Source of the DNA: Octopus vulgaris
Lineage: Eukaryota
Assembly: GCA_951406725.2 (NCBI GenBank)
Contig: OX597820.1
Location: forward strand, 18,910,001-18,974,000
Direction: 5' to 3'
Length of the DNA stretch: 64,000 nt
In this document: one piece after another, positions 39,480 to 54,433 of the stretch
Numbering within the stretch: the stretch's first letter is position 1
Layout: the number at the start of each line of letters is the position of its first letter
Made by a program: the position numbers and the translations under genes
Notes under the pieces: generated by a model
What the model was told of the DNA's origin: nothing
Databases searched by the model: none
Seen by the model: only the letters and a program-made list of their open reading frames with translations

Positions 39480-39840
39480 GGCCGATTTATAATTACCCTG
39501 TGATTACATGACTACTGCTTGTATTTAGAAGCACTCCAACCCGCTTTGAGGGGAGAGCGCACGATTCGCCCAAATCGACTGGCGCGGTTCGACCCCACCC
39601 CACCGCACCACCGAGGGTAATTAGACGGACAAAATTAAAATGTTTTCCCTCCACTTCATTGAACCTGATAAATAAAGATGTTTCTATTTGTTCCAATGGA
39701 TATATTTTCACTGGTCGTTGTGTTTTGTATACAATCGCAACAGAATCTGTGTGTGTGCGCGTGTGTTGAGATATATAATTGGCGACAGCTAAAATTTGAA
39801 ATTGTTACTTTCATACCTTTTCCAGATGAAATAGCGCGGT

Positions 39841-39902
<62 letters not shown>

Positions 39903-40450
39903 ATGTGAAAGAAAAAAAGGTGTGTGTGTATGTAGGAAGCTGTGCCGACTGGGAATTGAAAGCGGGTCGCGGACTCGGTTCGCTGAGCGCTTGCCGCCGC
40001 ACTATGATGGCGTACAAGTAAACCCCCACCCCGTATACACCCCGCTATGATTGCCTGCAGATTTTTGTTCCTACAGCATGGCTCGCCAGCCTGTCGCCTT
40101 CCACTTTCTCTTGGCATCTCTCTGTCTATCTCTCTCTCTCTCTCTTTCGTTCTCTTTCTCTCTTATCATCGGGAGATATTTTGGTCACAACAGCCGTAGC
40201 GATATTGATGATAATAGTGATGATGATGGTGGTGGTGGTGACGGTGTAGGCTGTGGTGGTAGCGGTGTTGATGACGGCGCTTGCCGCTGCTGCTGAGGAA
40301 AGGGTTGGGAAGCTGGAACGATATTGATGCTTGAATCTCGCTCTCTCACTCATACTGTTGGCCCCACAACATCTATGACTACTTCTGTTATTATTATCAT
40401 ATCTCTCTTCGCTTCCACTATAACAATATAAACTCTGGGATCTCATCTCA
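39480..40450. other. CpG-enriched unique region, candidate regulatory element or exon
   Basis: High CpG density relative to window; low-complexity (GAT/GGT/GCT) tracts; not matching window repeats. Confidence 0.35.
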
Positions 40451-40589
40451 TCTCATCGCCTTAATTTTTACTCCTCTTCCTTCCCCTCTTCCTGTCTGTC
40501 TCTCTCTCTCTTTGTCATTCAATTTTTATTTATTTTATTTCTGGTCCACTTCACCTTTTTTGCTTAAACTTTCTTCTTTTCTATTCTCT

Positions 40590-41012
40590 CTCTTTTACTT
40601 GTTTCAGTCATTTGACTGTGGCCATGCTGGAGCACCGCCTTTAGTCGAGCACATCGACCCTCCCAGGACTTATTCTTTGTAAGACCAGTACTTATTCTCT
40701 CGGTATCTTTTACCGAACCGCTAAGTTACGGGGACGTAAACACACCAGCATCGGTTGTCAAGCGATGTGGGGGGACAAACACAGACACAAACATATACAC
40801 ACACACCCATATATATATATATATATATATATACATACATACATATATACGACGGGCTTCTTTCAGTTTCCGTCTACAAAATCCACTCACAAGGCTTTGG
40901 TCGGCCCAAGGCCATAGTAGAAGACACTTGCTCAAGGTACCACGCAGTGGGACTGAACCCGGAACCATGTGGTTGGTAAGCAAGCTACTTACCACACAGC
41001 CACTCCTACGCC
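40590..41012 (-). mobile_element. SINE family A, full length
   Basis: Head and tail on minus strand. Confidence 0.9.
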
Positions 41013-41288
41013 TTCTAGAATAACTTTCTTTACGCTTCGCACTCTACAACTCCTAAACTTATCTTTGTTGCTTTTAATTATTAATCACTAATAGGTTTAG
41101 TTAATTTCTTCGATTCTCTTACCTTTCAACTGGGGGCAATTCCTTGAAAAATTTCGCCGACCTATTCGACAACAGTACTTATGCTATTGTTTTCTTTCGC
41201 CGAATCGCTAAGTTGCGGGAACGTAAACAAACCAACACCGCGTCGTCAAGTAGTAGTGGGTTACACACACGCACGCACACACACACAC

Positions 41289-41482
41289 GGTACTACTTGA
41301 GAACAGTGGTCCTTGCACGAGCACTCTCGCATCCGCGCTAGCTAGTCGTGACTAGTCGATCCTACAACGACTACCTAGCAAAGTAAATAACACAAAGTAA
41401 GGATCGACTAGTCACCACTAGCTAGCGCGGATGCGCGAGTACACGAGTGCGCGCACCGGGATCACTGTTCTTAAGTAGTACC
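41289..41482. mobile_element. 194-bp fold-back MITE inserted in the (CA)n of a decayed SINE A
   Basis: ggtactacttgagaacagtg...ctcgcatccgcgctagctagtcgtgactagtcgatcct / aggatcgactagtcaccactagctagcgcggatgcgcgag...cactgttcttaagtagtacc. Confidence 0.85.
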
Positions 41483-42199
41483 CCCACACACATACATACA
41501 TACAAACACACGAAGAGCTTCTTTTAGTTTCCGTCTAACAAATCCATTCACAAAGTTTTGGTCGGTCCGAGACTATAGTAGAAGGCGCTGGCCCAGGTAG
41601 GTGCCAAACTGTGGGACCGAACCTGAAACATCCATTGTAGTTGAGAAGCAAACTAGCCACGCCTGAGCAAAAATGTTAATACACGATTTCACACTATTGC
41701 GAAAGTCATTCATTTTATTTTACGACTTAACGAATTACTGACGCAAAGCACAGCGCAGAACAAGCATAAACTACGACTCGGTTTCGATTCCGGCTTATAG
41801 CAATTTTCACTCTATCGTTTTATATTCTGAAAAGAAAAATAAATAAATAATAAATAATTAAAAAGCCTCACGGAGTAATTGAGATCTCATTCATTTTGTA
41901 TTTTACCAACATTGCATGTTAACGAAGTTGATTTATCGAATATTTCTCTTCCTAGAGTTCACACCTTTCTAATGGTATTTCACTGTTGTCGACAAGGTTT
42001 ATTAAACATTAATACGATGCCGGTGTGCGCTATGTACGCCAGCTGTATTTTGAATGTGCGTATGTGTTTGCGCGTGTGTGTTTGTATGTACTTTAATAGA
42101 ATTTTGTCATTGATATACACTAAATAAAGGACTTGAAAAGTACACGTGAAGTCGAAGTATTATTTAAAAGTAATAGCGACTTAAGGGGTCAACCTGGAA

Positions 42200-42690
42200 G
42201 AATCGTTAACACGCCGGGCAAAATGCTTTGCGGTATTTCGTCTGCCGCTACGTTCTGAGTTCAAATTCCGCCGAGGTCGACTTTACCTTTCATCCTTTCG
42301 GGGTCGATTAAATAAGTACCAGTTATGCACGTGGATCGATATAATCGACTTAATCCGTTTGTCTGTCCTTGTTTGTCCTCTCTATGTTTAACCCCTCGTG
42401 GGCAATAAAGAAACAGGTATTTTGTCTGCCGCTACGTTCTGAGTTCAAATTCCGCCGAGGTCGACTTTACATTTCATCCTTTCGGGGTCGATTAAATAAG
42501 TACCAGTTACGCACTGGGGGTCGATATAATCGACTTAATCCGTTTGTCTGTCCTTGTTTGTCCTCTCTTGTGTTTAGCTCCTTGTGGGTAGTAAAGAAAT
42601 AGGTATTTCTTCCGTTTTTACGTTCTGAATTCCAATTCCGCCAAGATCGACTTTGCTTTTCGTCTTTTCGGGGTCGATAAAATAAGTCCC
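42200..42690 (+). mobile_element. Head-to-tail triple array of the SINE family C body (~185-bp period)
   Basis: ggtattt..tc.g.....acgttctga.ttc restarts at ~42232, 42416 and 42602. Confidence 0.85.
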
Positions 42691-42830
42691 GAAATTTGTG
42701 GCCCTGTGGCAAGATAAATAATGAGCGGACTTCTGGGTTAAGCACTCTATACAAATAACCCTTCATCGTTTGATTTTGGGAATTAAAGCCCTTAAATCAC
42801 ACACACAAAAACAGAAAATTTCTTCTGGTG

Positions 42831-43246
42831 ATCTTTCGTCTCTAGTAGACCTTTCCGTCAATTTCCGTAAAAAAAATTTTTTTTTTTTACATATGGGCTT
42901 GCGGGAACTTTTGAAGTAATATACATACATATACACATACACCGAGTAAAAAATTTCATTTATCCCTCTCTTTCACACATTACTCTGTCTCTTCACACAC
43001 ACTAACAGAAGCACTTCACTTACACAACATACTGTCTGTCTCCCACACCCCATCAAACACACACACACACATGTACATCAATGCTTCACATGCATGGTAA
43101 CTTCAAAAGAACTTCCCTCGTCATACAATCGCTTTCTCTTAGTCTCTTTCGCTCTCATTACTTCAAAAGTTCCCGCAAGCCCATATGTAAAAAAAAAAAA
43201 TTTTTTTTACGGAAATCGACGGAAAGGTCTACTAGAGACGAAAGAT
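42831..43246. mobile_element. MITE-like element with 90-bp near-perfect inverted repeats
   Basis: 42831-42920 is the reverse complement of 43157-43246. Confidence 0.8.
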
Positions 43247-43653
43247 TGCCAAATTTCTTTGCATTATCGTATGAATATCTCTGTGGAGAGTACAAATTCC
43301 CAAAAATTTTCTGAGAATTCTAAAAGATAAAAAGGGTTTTAGGGGGTTAAACCAAAATTCCGTCGAGTAATGACTGTTTAGTTGCAAATTTCGTCCTTGA
43401 AATAGTGTGTGCTTGCACACTCATACAAATATTATTGTATATTTATATTTACAAAACGAATATAATGATATTTATATACCTATATATAAAATCATGTCGA
43501 TGGAAAAAATATGCGATACATTCTTTTATACGTTTCAGCCCTAAGGCAGTGCTCCAGCATGGCCACGTAATAGTACATATATATTTATGTACGCCTGTGT
43601 TTGCCTACATATGCCCACACATGTATGTTTATATTATATACACTCACAAATAC

Positions 43654-43867
<214 letters not shown>

Positions 43868-44031
43868 TTCGTGTGTATATATTTGTATGTATACATACAC
43901 ATGTATGTATAGACGAATATATAAATATATACACACAAGCATATATTTGTTTATATGGATTATAAATATTGACACGAACCACATGTCAAACATTTGTGTG
44001 ATTAAAAAAAAAAATATATATATGTATGTAT

Positions 44032-44063
<32 letters not shown>

Positions 44064-44170
44064 GTATATATTGTATTTCGGGACGGTCATTTTTTTTCCA
44101 AATAAACACACGCACTATATATTCGTTCCTCACTCGTTTATTACTTTTCTTATTCTAACACATGTCTTTT

Positions 44171-44213
44171 GTCCGGAAATCTTTCGTCACACATCTGTGA
44201 CCTCTTCAGCGAC
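44171..44213 (-). ncRNA. Minimal type I hammerhead ribozyme motif
   Basis: gtcg-CTGAAGA-g-GTCAC-agatgt-GTGAC-GAAA-gatT-TC-cggac; same stem II family as 33376 and 29763-30134. Confidence 0.65.
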
Positions 44214-44665
44214 ACACACACACACACATATATATATGTATATATCTGAATGTATGTGTGTGTGTGTGTGTATGTTTCAGTCATTAGACTGCGGCCATGC
44301 TGGTGTACTGCCTGGAAGGGTTTAGTCGATCGGTACTAAACCTAGTACTTATCCCATAAGTTAGTATCTGTTGCCGGACAGCTAAGTTATGGGGATCTAA
44401 AATAGCACCAGTTGTCAAGCAGTGGCCTGGGGGTGGGGGAGCAACGCACGCACACATTACGGGGTTTCTTTCAGTTTCTGTCAACCAAATTCATTCATAG
44501 GCTTTGGTCAGTTCCAGACTACAGCAGAAAACACTTGCCATGGTACCATGCTATGGGACTGAACCCTGGAATCATATAGTAAACAAGCAAACTCCTTACC
44601 CTATGGCTATGTAGCCACACCACCTATAATATATATGTGTGTATGTATGCATATATACACACTCA

Positions 44666-44702
<37 letters not shown>

Positions 44703-44772
44703 TCATCATCCTCATCATCATATATATACACATATATATGGGTATGTACATATATAGGTATGTGTGTGTATG

Positions 44773-44823
<51 letters not shown>

Positions 44824-44932
44824 ACATATGTATATAAATGTGTATGCATACATATATATTTGCAAGTATATGTATATATATATTTACATTTTACATATAT
44901 GTATTTGTATGTGTATGCATATATGTACATAT

Positions 44933-44982
<50 letters not shown>

Positions 44983-45482
44983 ACACACATACACATACAT
45001 GCAAATGTACATATATGTTGATAAATATGCATATATACACATATACATATGTATATGTATATTTATTTACATATGTATTTACATATTTATTTACATATGT
45101 ATGCATATATATATATGTATATTTATTTACATATGTATATATATATATATATATACAGTGAGAGAGGGGAAAGTGATGCCTCTTTAGCTATATGAGTGTG
45201 TGCATGTATATATACACACAAGATGAATGTGAAGACAACATAGTGAAACATTTTGAGTCCAACTGGAAAAGCGGGAGCAATGAAGTAAAGAACTGAAGTG
45301 TATAGCAGCCAGCAAAGTATAATGTCATCTTACCGAGCCTGGTCAGGAAAAGGTGTGCGTGTGTGTGTGTGATAGATATTTCATACACATGGAAAGAGAA
45401 AAAGAAATAAGATCATTCTCTTTAATAGTAATAATTCACAAACAGATGGATCTCATCTCGGAATAGGTATTCTCATTTCTCA

Positions 45483-45841
45483 TTTACTTGTTTCAGTCAT
45501 TTGACTGTGGCCATGCTGGAGCACCGCCTTTAGTCAAGGAAATCGACCCCAGGACTTATTCTTTTGTAAGCCTAGTACTTATTACGGGGACGTAAACACA
45601 CCAGCATCGGTTGTCAAGCGATGTTGGGGGGAGGAGAAACACAACACACAAACATACATATATAAATATACATATATACGACGGGCTTCTTTCAGTTTCC
45701 GTCTACTAAATCCACCCACAAGGCTTTGGTCGGCCCGAGGCTATAGTAGAAGACACTTGCCCAAGGTGCCACGCAGTGGGACTGAACCCGGAACCATGTG
45801 GTTGGTAAGCAAGCAACTTACCACACAGCCACTCCTACGCC
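45483..45841 (-). mobile_element. SINE family A (internal deletion)
   Basis: Family head and tail on minus strand. Confidence 0.85.
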
Positions 45842-46299
45842 AGGTATACCGTATCCAAATATATATATGTGCGTGTGTGTGTTGTGTTTGTAAACAGATC
45901 GGTTGCAGCATTCTCTGGGATTGGTCAAGTGGTATAGACACCTCTGATGCAACCCCACGAAGGGTCGAAAATTGATTAAGGTTGTTTATCATTTATATTT
46001 TCTATAGAGTAAATTTACCATGTTTGTATGTCTAGACATAGATATACACTATATATATATATATATATATACACATACATATACTATACATCTACTATAT
46101 ACATACATAAATATATATATACATATTTTGGCCAGATAAGAGAAATGAAATGAGAAGAGTTGTTTATTCTATTTGTTGACAGTTGTTTCGAAATCTGTGT
46201 TAGTTACATATGTGATGCTACGTCATCCATCACATGTATAAATAAAATGAATATACATACATGCAGACATATATACATATATATGTATATATTTGTATA

Positions 46300-46345
<46 letters not shown>

Positions 46346-46558
46346 ATACATATGTATGCTATTAAGGTTCTCATTTTGTTAAAAGAATAAATAATTCAAC
46401 ATTCTAATATCCGAAAGTTGATGAACAAACTAAATTGTTTCTCCATTTTCTTATTTGTATTATAAATTAACGGTAAAATATTTCTTTACCTTCACTCATT
46501 TAAGACAATAAATAAGTTAATCGCATTGCAATTAGAAGGTTTGAAGATGATGTACAGG

Positions 46559-47165
46559 TATATATTAGAAGAAATAAGGTACTCAGAAATCTGGATGGTT
46601 TTATGTTTACAGATATTTATTGATATGTCACATGTTTTTATAAATCATATATTAGCACTTGCATCCACTCTAGTGGAGTCTTCAGATTGATCTTTTTCGG
46701 GGAATTTGTCTCTTTTTATATTGAGTGTGTAGGGGTGGAGAGATATATAAGATAGTACAAGAGGGTGAGGAATGGGGAGAAAGTGAGAGAGAGAGAGTGT
46801 GTGTGTGTGTGCTTTTGTATCTGAAAGTTGTGTCAATGAAAAAGAAGAAGGAAGAGAGAAAGAAGAAAAAAATGCGTTGACATCTTTGCAGCTGGTCAGT
46901 TCTTTCATTAGGAAGTGATTCTTGGCTTTTAGTAATGGCAAACCCATTCCTCACCCTCTTGTACTATCTTATATCTCTATCCACCCCTACACACTCAATA
47001 ATACTATAAAAAGAGACAAATTTCCTGAAAAAGTTCAATCTGAAGACACCACTAGAGTGGACGCAAGCAGTTAATATATGATTTATAAAAACATGTGACA
47101 TATTAATAAATATCTGTAAATATAAAACCATCTAGATTTCTGAGTACCTTATTTCTTCTAATATA
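46559..47165. mobile_element. Tail-out inverted repeat (~220-bp arms), each arm with a variant HHR-like motif
   Basis: 46559-46776 mirrors 46943-47165; CTGAAGA-c.CCAC-taga-GTGG-a.-GCAA in both arms; TA flanks. Confidence 0.75.
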
Positions 47166-47331
47166 TATATATATATATACTTATATGAATTAGAGAAAAA
47201 CCACTATTATGTAATTCAAACAATGAAAGACGTAAATCACACCATATAGAAAAAATAAAATATATGATAAAACATTTATCTATATCACTATAAAGCACAT
47301 AATAATAATAATAATTATATATATATATATA

Positions 47332-47608
47332 GTGGAGGCGCAATGTCCCAGTGGTTAAGAAAACGGACTCGCGGTTTCGATTCCCAGACCGGGCGTTGTG
47401 AGTGTTTATTGAGCAAAAACACCTAAAAGTTCCACGAGGCTCCGGCAGAGGGTGGTGATCCCTGCTGTACTCTTTCACCACTCTTTCCTCTGTTGGCCTG
47501 CTTGCTTAGCCAGCGGGGTGGCGTCATTTGAAGGCTAAAACAATGCGAACGCATTGTGATCAGCGATGTGTAACTACATCTGATGGACAGGTCGGTCACG
47601 TGATGGTG
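47332..47608 (+). mobile_element. SINE family B (tail as in 30932-31050)
   Basis: Head plus cagcggggtggcgtcatttgaaggctaaaacaatgcg tail. Confidence 0.85.
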
Positions 47609-48267
47609 ATATATATATGCACAGGTGTGGCTGTGTGGTAAGAAGCTTGCTTGCCAACTACATGGTTAAGGGTTCAGTCCTGCTGTGTGGCACCACAGGC
47701 AAGTGTCTTCTACTATAGCCTCAAGTTGACCTAAGCCTAGTGAATGGATTTTGTAGGCGGAAACTGAAGGAAGCCCGTCGAATATATATAGTTCAAAATT
47801 GTACATATACAATAGGCGCAGGAGTGGCTGTGTGGTAAGTAGCTTGCTAACCAACCACATGGTTCCGGGTTCAGTTTTGAGCCTACACACACACACAAAC
47901 AAACACATTTATATAATGTGTAGCCAGTTGGCATATTTGTTGGTTCATCAACTGGGTTTCTCTAAATTCTGAGTTCAAATCCTGCCAAAGTGAAGTTCAT
48001 CTTTCATCCTTTCGAAGTCTATATTGGGATCAATTCTCACTATTTTAGTTCAGGTAAGAAAGAATCAGTGACCCCAGTTGGAGATGAACATGCTCTGCCA
48101 GATTTACAGATTTATGCACTGAAGTGACAACATATGTCATAACAGTGACTCTTTTGGTCTGTTAGATTTCCAAAGCTTAAAGAAGTTTATACATCTTATT
48201 TTTTTTCTGGTTTCTGTCAAAAAACTGGAGCACCAGTGTTTTTAGGCGAACAAACCTACCCCAGTAT

Positions 48268-48526
48268 ATATCGTTGCTATCATGTTAAACTGTCGTATGT
48301 CCAAGTTTGGCCAAATGCGTTTCTTTTTTTCAATATTTATTTTAGCTTGCAATAACCGGGTCTTTTTGTCAAACTATCGTATCTCCAGCTGCTTCAGATG
48401 CCAAGATAACAAAAATTGTCAAAGTGTAGTTCAAAGGTTTTGCTATGGAATGGTGAAACTATTTTTTCGTTTTCTGAAAAAGCAACGTTTTAGACTTATG
48501 ACACTTTAGCGTCATAGCAACGATAT
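48268..48526. mobile_element. TA-flanked MITE-like element with ~35-bp imperfect TIRs
   Basis: atatcgttgctatcatgttaaactgtcgtatgtc / gacttatgacactttagcgtcatagcaacgatat. Confidence 0.65.
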
Positions 48527-48540
48527 ATATATATATATAT

Positions 48541-48920
48541 CGCAGGAGTGTCTGTGTGGTAAGTAGCTTGCTTACCAACCACATGGTTCAGGTTCAGTCA
48601 AACTGTGTGGCACCTTGGGCAATTGTCTTCTACTATAGCCTCGGGCCGACCAAAGCCTTGTGAGTGGATTTGGTAGACGGAAACTGAAAGAAGCCCGTCG
48701 TATATATATATATATGTGTCTGTTTGTCCCCCCCCCCCCAACATCGCTTGACAACCGATGCTGGTGTTTACGTCCCCGTAATTTAGCGGTTCGGCAAAAG
48801 ATACCGATAGAATAAGTACTAAGCTTACAAAAAAATAAGTCCTGGGGTCGACTTGCTCGACTAAAAGGCAGTGCTCCAGCATGGCCGCAGTCAAATGACT
48901 GAAACAAGTAAGAGTAAAAG
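48541..48920 (+). mobile_element. SINE family A
   Basis: Head to tail. Confidence 0.9.
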
Positions 48921-48933
48921 AGAGAGAGAGAGT

Positions 48934-49004
<71 letters not shown>

Positions 49005-49264
49005 GTAACTTTGATGAGCCGCTAAGTTACGGGGGTGCATAAACAAACTAACATCGGTTGTTTAAACACACACACATGCGATGGACTTCTTTCAGTTCCC
49101 GTCTACCAAATCCACCCACAAGACTTTCATCAGCCCGGGGCTAATGGAAAGGACACTTTTCCGAGATGCAAGTGGGACTGAACCCAAAGCTATGTGGTTT
49201 GAAAGCAAGCTTCTTACCCAACACCCAATACACACACACACACACACATGCATGTCTGTGTATG

Positions 49265-49750
<486 letters not shown>

Positions 49751-50654
49751 ATATATATATATATATATATAGTGTATGTGATTTTTATACCTGCTGTAGT
49801 CACGTATGAACTTTTTTTAGTATCACTATCTATAATCGTATATCGCGTGAATGCGCGGTAATCTCTCTATGCATGTATATATGTGAATCTACACATGTAT
49901 ATGTGAGTGTGTATATAATACATACATACACACACGTATGTATATATATATATGTATGTGTAGATATAGGCACACACACATTACTTAGCTTTGTTATCGT
50001 TTGCGCTTCGTTCTTTTGATGTGTCATCAATCCTGTCCACTGTCCCCTATATAAACATCGTTCCACCACCCAACCTCGTCCCTTCATTCATTTAAGCTAG
50101 TCATTTTTTTTTTTGCCCCCTAAGTTCGCTTTTCATACGATCATACCCAGTTGCAGTCGTTTCGTGAAAGAAATCCTGTCAGTCAGCATTGCATTACAAC
50201 TTCCTATATATACAGCTCCGCTTATAGGAAGAAAAAAGTTTCCCTTTTTTTTTCCTTCTACCGTTCTTCCCTTTTCTCCTCAGATGTCGTTCAGAACTGC
50301 TGCTAGAACGAAATAGATTTAAAAAAAAAAAAAATAAATGAAAAAAAAATGATAAAAGTAATTGGATAAAGATAAGATAATCCGAAATCCAGCATCCGAA
50401 CTTTCTTTTTTCTCTCCTTTTTTTTTATCCACGTTTAAATCTGATTTCTTCATCCATTCATTCATTCTTTCCAAATCTTCGTCTATGTTACTATGTCGCC
50501 CCGAAAAAGTAAACGTCTCTCTCCCGCCGCTTTTATCCTTCTCCCCACCATGTTATCTTGTTATCTTCCAAAAACAATATTTATTATAGAACTATATGAA
50601 GGAAAAATTGCTGTGAATATTTTAACGTTCCTCTTCAATTGCCGACACACAAAA

Positions 50655-50691
<37 letters not shown>

Positions 50692-50952
50692 CACTCCCAG
50701 ACACGCTTCTCTCTCTCTCTCTATATATATATATACATACACACACATGTATATGTATGTACGTATGGATTTGTGCGTTAATCACCGAGTAATCACTGCA
50801 ATTAGTAACAATACGATTAATTAAAAAAAATCTCCATTAATAGGATTTAATTATCTTCTTTCTCTATCTCTCGCTGTTTATGCTAAAGTTTAAAGCTTTT
50901 AAACTGCTCTGAGTTTTCGCATTTGTTTTGGTGTTTTCTTTTCGCAACCTCA

Positions 50953-50983
<31 letters not shown>

Positions 50984-51239
50984 GTCTGTTATTTATTTCT
51001 CAGGCTTTTGTCATTTTTATTTCCTTGTTGATGCGTTGCGGTGCCGCTTGAAAAGTATCCTGTTTTAAATTCAGTCGCTTTGTCCACCCCGCCAAATTCT
51101 ATCTTCTCTTTAAAAAAAAAAAAAACTTTTATTATTTTCTTTCCATATCTACCTCTCAGTCCTTCTTTCTTTCTTTCTTTCAATCACACACACACAGACC
51201 TTTGCTGTTGTGGTCTTCTTCTCTCGCCGAGTTTGTATT

Positions 51240-51552
51240 GTTATCTTTTTCTATCTTCTCTCCTCAATCACTCGGCAGTGTGTCCGCCAAGTCCCCCGCC
51301 TCCCGTCGCCGCCGCCTCTGCCAGTTCTTTACTGACTGCTAACACATCTCGGCTCGTGTTTACATTAACTCTTCAGGAAGCTCTTCAGCTACACTGACGA
51401 TTGGACACTTCATGTTTTGATGTATGGAATTCCCTGTTTAAACACACAGCTCGCAAAAGGTCTGTAGATGCGCGTCGACACATACTCACCTTTATCCTTC
51501 TCTCGCATTTTTAACAAATACCCATCCCGCCACTTCTCTCTCTCTCTTTCTT

Positions 51553-51616
<64 letters not shown>

Positions 51617-51630
51617 TAAGGTGAAAGGCA
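51240..51630 (-). other. CpG-rich patch with consensus splice donor; candidate exon end
   Basis: Minus strand ATGCGAGAGAAGGATAAAG|GTGAGT (exon end 51490), upstream (GA)n, GC boxes at ~51280-51320. Confidence 0.35.
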
Positions 51631-52042
51631 AGTTTTGAAAGCAGCTTTAAAAAATAAATAAATTAATAGTAAAAGAAATCTATTATTATTTATCCATTGT
51701 TAAGAATTATTTAGAAATTGCTTAGAGTGTCGGCAAAAAAAAAAAAAAAGCACTTTATTCATTACGTTCTGAGTTCAAATCCCTTGGAGTTAAGCTTTGC
51801 CTCTCATCCTTTCGGAATCGAGAAAAAAGTGATTCAGAAATTATTAGTGTCCAGAGAAAATTGTTTTGTGGTATTTGTTCCGACTCTTAACATTTTGAGT
51901 TCAAATATCGCCAAATTCAAGGTTGCCTTTTATTCTTTAGGGAGATCGATAAAATAAAGTACCAGTCAAGTACTGGAATTTGATGTAATCAACTATGCCG
52001 TTCCCCCAAATTTCAGCCCATGACCCTGTGGAAAGGATTTTA

Positions 52043-52109
<67 letters not shown>

Positions 52110-54433
52110 TGTCCGTTCTTCAATACTTATATGGCGCGAACGATTTCATTTTTGTCAGCTTGGGACATTGTCCCTTGTCTTGGGAGAAAGAAATTGAAAC
52201 ACCTTTTTGTTCCGTAGTTGATAGGTGCGAAGAAAAAAAAAATTGGTAAAAATTGTGCCTCTCACTGGCGAAGTTTCGGAAAAGCTATGACTATCTCATT
52301 CAAAGGAAAAGAGAAAAAGGGCACAGAAATTTGGGCGGGGGGGTAAAATTTTTAAAAACTGAAATTCTAGAATTTAAAAAAAATTCTTTCAAAATTGGAA
52401 TTCGTTATACGAATCGGGGATACTAAAAGAATTGTATATTTAAAAGAAAAGCATTCCAACTGCTTTTTCTTTTCCTTCTTCAAGAGATGGTAACAACTAT
52501 TTCGAAACTTCGCCGCAAAAAATCCGAGTTTTTTTTTTTTTTTTTTTCTTAGTGAAAATCGTGCGGGTGTTAATCTGTAATTTTACCGAAATTTACTGAA
52601 AAGAATTTTATTGCGTAAACACTATTAAATTTTGTTCATTTCTATAATCCCTTGATCATAATAACATCAGTTTTTGTCTTTTATTAACGACACATTAAAT
52701 CTTCTTTGCTCCTTATATAAATGTCCTTTTATATAAATTTGCGAAAGTTAGTCGAATACTTATAACTTGTTTCTCTTTTTCCTTGTTGTTTGTACTATTT
52801 AAACCTAGTGCTAATGGTAATTAAGTTTATTATATTATCTGTGTTTTTTTTTCTTCCTTTTTAATTAATATCTCAGTGAAGGTCTGGAATAGCACACCCA
52901 CATAAGTTGCATTTTCTTCGTTTTGACGGGGCTTTTTCAATTTTTTTTTCACACATACTTCCAGATGATGTCGAGGGGAAAGCATTTTTGCCAATGTAAC
53001 CATATAAATAATACTATAACATCTTACAACCTTCTATATATTGTGTGCATACACGCAATTTTATGTGTATAAATAAACAAAAGAATTTACTACCCCCGAA
53101 GCAGTTCAACCATTCATTTCTCACACACTATCAATCGCACACATGCTCCAGCTTGGTTTTGGTCGGTGCGTGCATTTGGGATTGTCTCGAAAGGAACTTT
53201 GACTTCTCTGTGTCTTTAAGGGCCTTTACGTAAAGTTGTTTAACACGAAACCATTTTCGCAGCAAAGAAAATGTGAAGTACATTGCTTCTTCCTTTCTTC
53301 TTTTCTATATTCTCGTGGTTAAACTAAAACATGCTCACACCAACAGCGCCAATCTAGCACATGTGCCGCTGCCCTTTATCGCGGCTGTTAACCTTAAGGC
53401 GTCGTTTGTTGGGCATTTAGGCGCTTTTAGAAGATAACTCTACCACTAGGGATAATCTCTGCGTGTATACACGCAAAAGTGTTTGTATATAAGCAAACAC
53501 ACACATATATATGTAGACACCCGTATATATCCTTCCATGTATAGATATGCTTGTATATCGTATGAAAACTTGTATATACATAAGCATACTTTCATAAACA
53601 CACATGAGTATGTGTTTTTACATAGACATATGCATGGTTTTATATAAGCAGTTATATGTTGTGTGTGTGTGTATGCGCGTGTAAATTACACATACGATTT
53701 TGGGTATTTAATTTTGTTCTGTATACATCACTGGGGTGTAACACAAACACACACAAATACAATCTTATTCTGTATATAAATCACAGTGGTGTGACTATAT
53801 GACTAATATCTCTTATCTCTCTATAGTATTTCGAATTAAAAAACATTTTAAGGCAAGTGTATCCCGAAATAAGTAAGGCGAATTTCGTTATAGAATATGT
53901 TACAAATGCCATTTTTATTGCAATCCTACCAGTATTTGGCAAAAATAAAAATAAATAAATGACTTGATGGAGCTTGCCGAATATTTTTCGTTATAATGAA
54001 TCTGAAAGAGAGCAAGCAGATAAAGGGCAGAGGGAGACAGGCGGGCTTTTCAGAAACTCTTAACCGCGGTGTGACATTGGGGTCACCCTAGATATCTTTT
54101 CTGGTACTCGTTGACCTCTCTCCCTGCTGCTTAAAAAATCCAGCCTGGCTTCCTGCAATGTCGGTCACTCACTCTGATTCCTTCCTTCCTCTCTTTCTTC
54201 AGTCGAATGAAATTTCGTTCTATATTACCAAGAGGTTTCAAGTTTGCTTAACATTAATATTAGATTTTGCAGCTCTGTGAAACGCGGGTAGCACTGCAGA
54301 CGAAAAGTTTACAGGGTGCGTCGCCCAAGAGACAATCACGCGATTTTTTTTTCTGTCGAGTCTTGGCCCGCTTTTAGTGTTGTTCACCTTTAAGTATCAA
54401 TAGTTTTTGCTACACACACACACATTATATATA

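Noticed and set aside
40126-40446. 106-aa minus-strand ORF with poly-A/T/I runs
   Set aside because: Low-complexity trinucleotide sequence open in several frames; no evidence of coding
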